From: a virus
DNA: 64,000 nt
Reading direction: 5' to 3' (one strand)
IMG/VR virus record: IMGVR_UViG_3300049434_000014
Span: 89,456-153,455 of that record
Shown here in pieces: positions 58,901 to 64,000 of this stretch. The position numbers and the translations under genes were made by a program. The notes under the pieces are model-generated. The model saw only the letters and a program-made list of their open reading frames with translations. It did not search any database and was not told where the DNA came from. Within the stretch, counting starts at the first letter, position 1, and the number at the start of each line of letters is the position of its first letter.

Positions 58901-60215
58901 ACACGTCATTATCGAGTCGTCTCGACACCGCTTCCCTTCACGTCCGACTCTACGAATCTACACATTCGACCGACCACTTCGGATCCAGTCATGGCTGCCC
59001 CCTTCCGTTCTCTTCCGACAAGTCGCATCGCGTCCTGTACGCTGTCAAGTCACTGCACATGACTAGTCGGCTTCGTTTCGCTGTCTCCCCGTGTCATTTC
59101 CCGTCCGACAAGCCGCAATCAACACGCGTCCCGTCATACCGAGACGACTGGTCAATATGACAAGCCGCTTTCAACTCGCCTACGCGTCATGCCGACAAGT
59201 CGACACGCTTACCATCCATTGCTCTGCCGACCACCCAAGCCTGCCCCCTGCCGCTGCGCCTCGATGCCGACCAAGCGCTTCTTTGCTGTCCGCGCCCGTT
59301 TCGATACCGACCAGCCGCTTCTTTGCCAGTCCGGGTCAGTTCCTTTCCGACTTGTCCCTGCTGATCAGTACAATCCGAGTCGACAAGCCATGCCAATTCA
59401 AATCACTTCACTGTGACAAGTCACGACGGATCCATTCATTTCTGAGCGACAAGTCACGACGATTCCTCCCACTTCTGGTCGACTGTTTCGGTGCGACTAC
59501 CCGTGTCCCTGCATGTCTTGTCAAGTCTTGTCAATGCCGACTATTCGGGTCATGTCTGCGCGCGTCGACAACACCACTCAAGTCCACCGCAGTCGATTCT
59601 ATTCCGACAAGTCAGGTCAAAGCGGGTCAGCTCTCACCGTTACCGACAAGTCAGATCAGGTCGAGTCAGTTCCTATCAATGCGACAAGTCGCATCCCATC
59701 CGTGCGGGTCTGCTCGCCTGCTGACAAGTCACGTCGCTTCCCCTCGCCACGACTCGTCAAATCAAGCCGTGCCATGTCTACTCGTTTCGACAAGCCAGGT
59801 CACAGCAAGTCGGCTCATTGCGACGAGCCAGGTCACGACAAGTCCCCTCCCGTCCGACGAGTCAGAGCCGTACAAGTCCCTTCCTTACCGACTACTCTGG
59901 TCAATACGATTCCAGTCCTGTCGACAAGTCAGATCAGAACGCGCCACCTCATTTCAGCCCGACAAGCCTAATCGGGTCCTGCCATTTCGGTTCAGTGCGA
60001 CTACTCGTCTCGTGTCCCTTCCTGTCATTGCGCTCCCCGTCCGACAAGTCATTTCCGCGTCGACCCAACGCGCTGCGACATGTCAAGTCGGGTGCGCGTC
60101 ATGGCTCTGCACTTCCCTTCCGACTACTCCCGACAAGACCCGTCTGGCCGGTTTCGAGCCGGATCTCTGCGAGCCAATCCGACTGCTCCGTTCGTGACAT
60201 GCCGTTGACGTCTTC
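55945..60215 (+). repeat. Large pentamer-phased GAC-(NNNYC)n array 5 (~4.3 kb, roughly 110-130 units estimated from unit length)
   Basis: gac aagtc aagtc ccctc gggtc cattc gtgtc attgc gtttc | gac aagtc aagtc gcacc gagtc tagtc acggt | gac tatgc tatgc gggtc agtac cgtcc; no credible CDS. Confidence 0.93.
58511..58570 (+). repeat. Perfect tandem repeat (atacgattctttta) x4.3 inside array 5
   Basis: Directly visible. Confidence 0.95.
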
Positions 60216-60453
60216 ACGGGTAAGCCGGTAGGACGGGGAGGTGACTAACCACAACTGAGCCTCGGAGGCCGTTGTGACAGACATGAGCTTGTTTGAGTTA
60301 CAGTTCCCGCTTTGTGGGGAAGAGTTGCACGGTAATCCTGACGAGGTGTTCGCTTGTGTAGAGCTGGAGGGGCACAAGGTGTGGGAGGTTCCGCTGCCGT
60401 GTCGTGATAGCCTGGGTCTGGTGTGGTAGGGGCTCTGCGTTAGGATTTTCCTA

Positions 60454-60807
60454 ATGGGGCGGGGATCTGTTGTGGGGAGTCTGTTGGCGCTTCATCGTCG
60501 GGCTGAAGGCTCCACAGAGCGAGTGAAACGACAATGGTTGGTTTGTAACTCTCCTGATTTATATCATGTTCCGAATACTCCGTGTGCGGCTCGTGATTGT
60601 AAGACGTGTGGTGAGCAGGTTTGGGTTCCGATGTTGTTTCTACCGTTGGTGGAGTCTGGGGAGTTGTCTCCGGTGTGCTGGCCGTGTCATGATGCGACGG
60701 GTCGGCGGGTGGGGATGCATCGGTTAGAAGAGCCCATCATCAAGTCGATGGGTAAGATGGGTGAAGCACAGGAACTTCTCGATTACCTGAATTCTCATCT
60801 CGACTGA
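60454..60807 (+). CDS. Zn-finger hypothetical protein (start uncertain)
   Basis: CKTC..CWPC. Confidence 0.55.
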   Translation: MGRGSVVGSLLALHRRAEGSTERVKRQWLVCNSPDLYHVPNTPCAARDCKTCGEQVWVPMLFLPLVESGELSPVCWPCHDATGRRVGMHRLEEPIIKSMGKMGEAQELLDYLNSHLD

Positions 60808-61490
60808 TTTATTACGACTGATTTACTACGACTGATCTAATCGTGTCCCATCGTTACGTTTCGACTGGCCGATTCTGTTCCCGACTGAGCTAGTCGCGTT
60901 CGCTCATATCAGTTCCCTTCCGACTATTCATTCGCTTCAGCGCATCTCGGTCCATACGACAAGTCCGCTCGCGGCTACTCGTGTCGAGTGACATGCCATG
61001 TCAAGTCCTTACGTTTCTTTTCGACGTGTCAAGCCAATACCTCACAGCTCCCGTCTTAAGACTCGGCTGGGCGACCCAGATCTCATCACGTCATTGCGAC
61101 CAGTCGAGCCAACCCCTGTTCGCGTCTATGTGACCAGCCGCTTCGAGCCAGCTCGCGAACGCTTCCCGTCAGTACCGACTCACCTGCTCAAGCCCATTCG
61201 GTTTCCGGCCCGACTAGCCTCGTCGCCTCTTGCCCTTTCTGTTCGACTTGTCTCCGCTCCCCCACTCATCTCCTGGCCGACTACTCACCTCGTGCCCATC
61301 CGGGTCCCCCCGTTTCGCGGCGACTACTCAAGACAGCACACGATCTCGTCTATCCGCTTCGACTACTCCAATCCGCTCAATTGCGTCTTGCCAGATCACA
61401 TCCGACTACCCATAGCCATATCGAGTCTTGTCTCGGCGACTCCGACTACCCGATCCGTCGCACTTCTTTTCATCCCTGTTCGACTGTCCT
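60802..61490 (+). repeat. Pentamer-phased GAC-(NNNYC)n array 6 (~18 units)
   Basis: gac tgatc taatc gtgtc ccatc gttac gtttc | ... | gac tactc acctc gtgcc catcc gggtc ccccc gtttc gcggc | gac tactc aagac agcac acgatc tcgtc tatcc gcttc. Confidence 0.9.
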
Positions 61491-61508
61491 TATAACTGGG
61501 GAGTGAGA

Positions 61509-61706
61509 ATGGACGATGAAGAACCGATTTTTGTTAAGGGAGACAATAGTGTATATGTTGAGGGGGCTAATCACGGCACGCTTGATGGTTGGATACGGGC
61601 TGGGTGTGGTTGCTCGTGCTGTCGCTCCGCTGCCATGAAGGCGAATCTGATCTCTCCAGCGCAGCGTCCGCACAAGCCGACTCTCCCGACTCAGCGCTCG
61701 AAGTAA
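61509..61706 (+). CDS. Small Cys-rich hypothetical protein
   Basis: HGT..G...GCGCSCCR motif; gggag SD. Confidence 0.6.
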   Translation: MDDEEPIFVKGDNSVYVEGANHGTLDGWIRAGCGCSCCRSAAMKANLISPAQRPHKPTLPTQRSK

Positions 61707-61767
61707 CGAATCGTCCCTCTGTGTCGATGTACCTCGGATCGACAGATCACAATGAGGGAGTTGCGTA

Positions 61768-61941
61768 ATGCAGATCTCGAGTATTTTCTCTGCGGGTATT
61801 AGCCCGACAGACCGGGATGGCGATCGTGAGCGTGAGCGCGACCGTGATCGTGAGCACCGCTACCACGAGGATCACCGTCGTCACGGTGGACGCTGGGATT
61901 ACGACTGGCGTCACCGCAGCTGGTACTGGCACCGCTGGTAA
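61768..61941 (+). CDS. 57-aa Arg/Asp/His/Trp-rich peptide (absent from the ORF track)
   Basis: gagggag SD, ATG 61768, TAA 61939-61941, terminator follows. Confidence 0.6.
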   Translation: MQISSIFSAGISPTDRDGDRERERDRDREHRYHEDHRRHGGRWDYDWRHRSWYWHRW

Positions 61942-61953
61942 ACCCGCACTATC

Positions 61954-61994
61954 GAGACCGGCCTCACTTGGATCTTTCAGGTGAGGCCGGTCTC
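61954..61994 (+). terminator. Hairpin terminator
   Basis: gagaccggcctcacttg-gatcttt-caggtgaggccggtctc. Confidence 0.75.
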
Positions 61995-62019
61995 GTGTGT
62001 CACGGGGTAGGACCGAGAC

Positions 62020-62367
62020 GTGACTTCTAAGATCTTGTATGTGTCCGGACCTATGTCTGGCTACGATGATTACAACTGGCCTTCGTTTAAGGAGGCTACG
62101 CGCCAGCTTCGTGAGGCTGGCTATGAGGTGCGCTGTCCTACGGAGTCTGGTGCTGGATTTGACATGCCGTGGACTGAGTGTTTGAAGTTGTCGCTTAAGG
62201 CGATGATGGATTGTAATGCTGTCGCGCTCCTTCCGGGCTGGGAGGATTCTCGCGGTGCAGCGATCGAGGTTGATCTGGCTCGCAAGTTGGACATGGCGGT
62301 TTGCTCTTTAGAGCATTGGTTGAGTCCACCTGTCGTGGCGGTTTTTGCTGGGAAGGATGGTTTGTGA
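62020..62367 (+). CDS. DUF4406 / nucleoside deoxyribosyltransferase-like protein
   Basis: YVSGPMSG...NWPSF, LPGWEDSRGA.IE. Confidence 0.85.
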   Translation: MTSKILYVSGPMSGYDDYNWPSFKEATRQLREAGYEVRCPTESGAGFDMPWTECLKLSLKAMMDCNAVALLPGWEDSRGAAIEVDLARKLDMAVCSLEHWLSPPVVAVFAGKDGL

Positions 62368-62615
62368 TGTATGAGTTTTATGCTGAAGATTTGCCTGATG
62401 GTGTGTGGACGTTAGTTGGGTTGGATACATTCGAGAATGAGTGGTATCCACTCGATGGTGATTTCACTTCTGAAGCGGAAGCTCGCCTGGCTGCAGCGAC
62501 TCGCCTGGATTACTTAGACGTGACTCAGCCGGTGGAGTCATCCGGGGGCCAGAGTGGGATACAAGATCAGGTATGGGTGGTCCGTCCGGACAATTCGAAG
62601 TTTCGGGTGTGGTGA
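62367..62615 (+). CDS. Hypothetical protein
   Basis: TGATG coupling. Confidence 0.55.
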   Translation: MYEFYAEDLPDGVWTLVGLDTFENEWYPLDGDFTSEAEARLAAATRLDYLDVTQPVESSGGQSGIQDQVWVVRPDNSKFRVW

Positions 62616-62794
62616 TTTCTAATGGCGTTACCTCCTGGATATCTGATTTTGTTTGAGGCTGCTGCGCAGCTTGATTTCGCAAATGTTACTCGTGAAGACG
62701 CGATTCAGATTGAAACATGGATGCGTGATCGAGGTTGGGTGATTGTTCCATCGTGGCTGGCGATTGATCCTCCTGTAGGTGTTGTGGTGGAGGA

Positions 62795-63328
62795 ATGACT
62801 CAAATTGTAGATATGCCAGAGCGTGTTTGTGCGAACCCGAATTGTAGTGCGAATTTCCGGCCTAAGCCTGGTGGTTGGAATGCTAAGTATTGTTCGGAAG
62901 GATGTAAGAATCAGGTTCGTTGGTCTACTAAGGCTCGTCCAAGTAGAGCAGGGCAGACGACTTATTATCGTCGAGTGACGAAACTTGATCCTGAAAAATT
63001 AGCAGCACATAATGAAAGTGTTTCTAAGGCTAGACGAGAGTTACGTCAGTGGTTGTACGATTATAAGTTAGAACGTGGGTGTATGGATTGTGGTTTTAAT
63101 TCTCATCCTGCGGCTTTGCAGTTTGATCACAACGGTGAGAAGGTTGCTGACATTTCATTGTTACGATCTAGTATTAAGCGTATGCTGATCGAGATAGAGT
63201 CGGGTAAGTGTGTTATACGATGTGCTAACTGTCATTCGATCAAGACTTGGGCCGAGAAGAACGGACTTCCCAACCCCAGTGGATTCTCTGCATATGTTCG
63301 TGCGGAGGATTTTGCTCCGGAGGCGTGA
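62795..63328 (+). CDS. HNH endonuclease with N-terminal Zn finger
   Basis: CMDCG..ALQFDH..KC.IRCANCH. Confidence 0.85.
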   Translation: MTQIVDMPERVCANPNCSANFRPKPGGWNAKYCSEGCKNQVRWSTKARPSRAGQTTYYRRVTKLDPEKLAAHNESVSKARRELRQWLYDYKLERGCMDCGFNSHPAALQFDHNGEKVADISLLRSSIKRMLIEIESGKCVIRCANCHSIKTWAEKNGLPNPSGFSAYVRAEDFAPEA

Positions 63329-63696
63329 CGAGCGGGTATGACTGTGTTATGCGCACAGAGACTTTCGATCTGACTGATGAGTTGCTTACGTTGTTGAGTA
63401 GCTCTTGGGTCAACGAGCGTTTGAGTGAGGCTGAGTGGGGTGCTGCGGAGATCGATCCTAAGCGCCCTTACGGCAATGGTGACATTGTTGAAGACATTTG
63501 TAGGATACTAGGTCTGCCGTGTGATGAAGACGGGCCTAGCGCTGAGCATCGGACTCTGGCGTTTGCTTTGCACGCCAAGACTCCTATCGCGCTGCAGATC
63601 GTGCTGTCGACTCGCTCATTCGTTCCGGGTGTTTACCGTCTTAAAGAAAGCTACGGTAAGGACTGGGAGTTTGTTCGAGGGTTTGATCAGACATGA
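63325..63696 (+). CDS. Hypothetical protein
   Basis: IDPKRPYGNGDI motif; ggagg SD. Confidence 0.65.
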   Translation: MTSGYDCVMRTETFDLTDELLTLLSSSWVNERLSEAEWGAAEIDPKRPYGNGDIVEDICRILGLPCDEDGPSAEHRTLAFALHAKTPIALQIVLSTRSFVPGVYRLKESYGKDWEFVRGFDQT

Positions 63697-64000
63697 CCAG
63701 TCCTAATACGCGGCCGGTGCGCGCAGGTTCGCATTGGTATGACGATGTGCCGATGGAGGTTGTCGATCCGTCGACGTGGGATCCTGATTCGATTATCGCG
63801 GGTGAGATCGTTCCGTCGCAGCGTGCGTTGCCGGTACGTCGACGGCGTGCCCCGAGGATGCCTCGCTTGCCCGCTGTGCGCCTTCCTGCCGTGCGGATGG
63901 ACTGGGTGCGTCCGTTGGTGGTCAACGAGGATCTCCATCGCCCTCAGACGCTCGTACAGGTGTTGGCTCCTGCACTGGCTATCGCCTTGCCGCTGTTCGG

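Noticed and set aside
56058-60231. Many + strand ORFs (up to 368 aa) in array 5, and similar ORFs in arrays 1, 2, 3, 4 and 6
   Set aside because: Ser/Arg/Pro/Thr-rich in all three frames, no SD and no domains. They are by-products of the stop-poor 5-nt pattern, which does not fit a codon periodicity.
61747-61932. Minus-strand 61-aa Val/Thr-rich ORF
   Set aside because: Antisense shadow of the + strand peptide, which has the SD and terminator.
775-63938. Minus-strand ORFs in general; integrase, att sites or transposase
   Set aside because: All lie antisense to better-supported + strand genes or RNAs. No recombinase or transposase motifs were seen, so lifestyle cannot be determined from this window.

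Overview
64 kb of a large (>64 kb) actinobacterial siphovirus genome, GC roughly 55-60% by eye, with essentially all genes on the + strand. Left part: early/accessory genes, a tRNA cluster (7 canonical-looking tRNAs plus several aberrant tRNA-like elements), a MetE-like protein, two DEDD exonucleases, a half Rad50/SbcC ATPase and dnaX. Middle: amidase endolysin, TerL, portal, MuF-like protein, protease/scaffold, decoration protein, major capsid, neck genes, a glycosyltransferase, major tail, frameshifted tail chaperone, tape measure, Dit, tail tip and holin. Right: SNF2-like helicase, class II RNR (nrdJ), FliA/WhiG-like sigma factor, HNH. The standout is a candidate RNA-guided system. A solitary RAMP/Cas7-like gene (16773-17531) has no other cas genes or CRISPR in the window and is followed directly by a non-coding array with the grammar GAC-(NNNYC)x5-9. 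Units are 33-48 nt, with C at every 5th base and variable sequence between. The same grammar recurs in six intergenic arrays (about 6.5 kb, ~10% of the window, the largest ~4.3 kb), plus a degenerate array and a single-unit copy. All assignments come from manual motif reading; no database searches were run.
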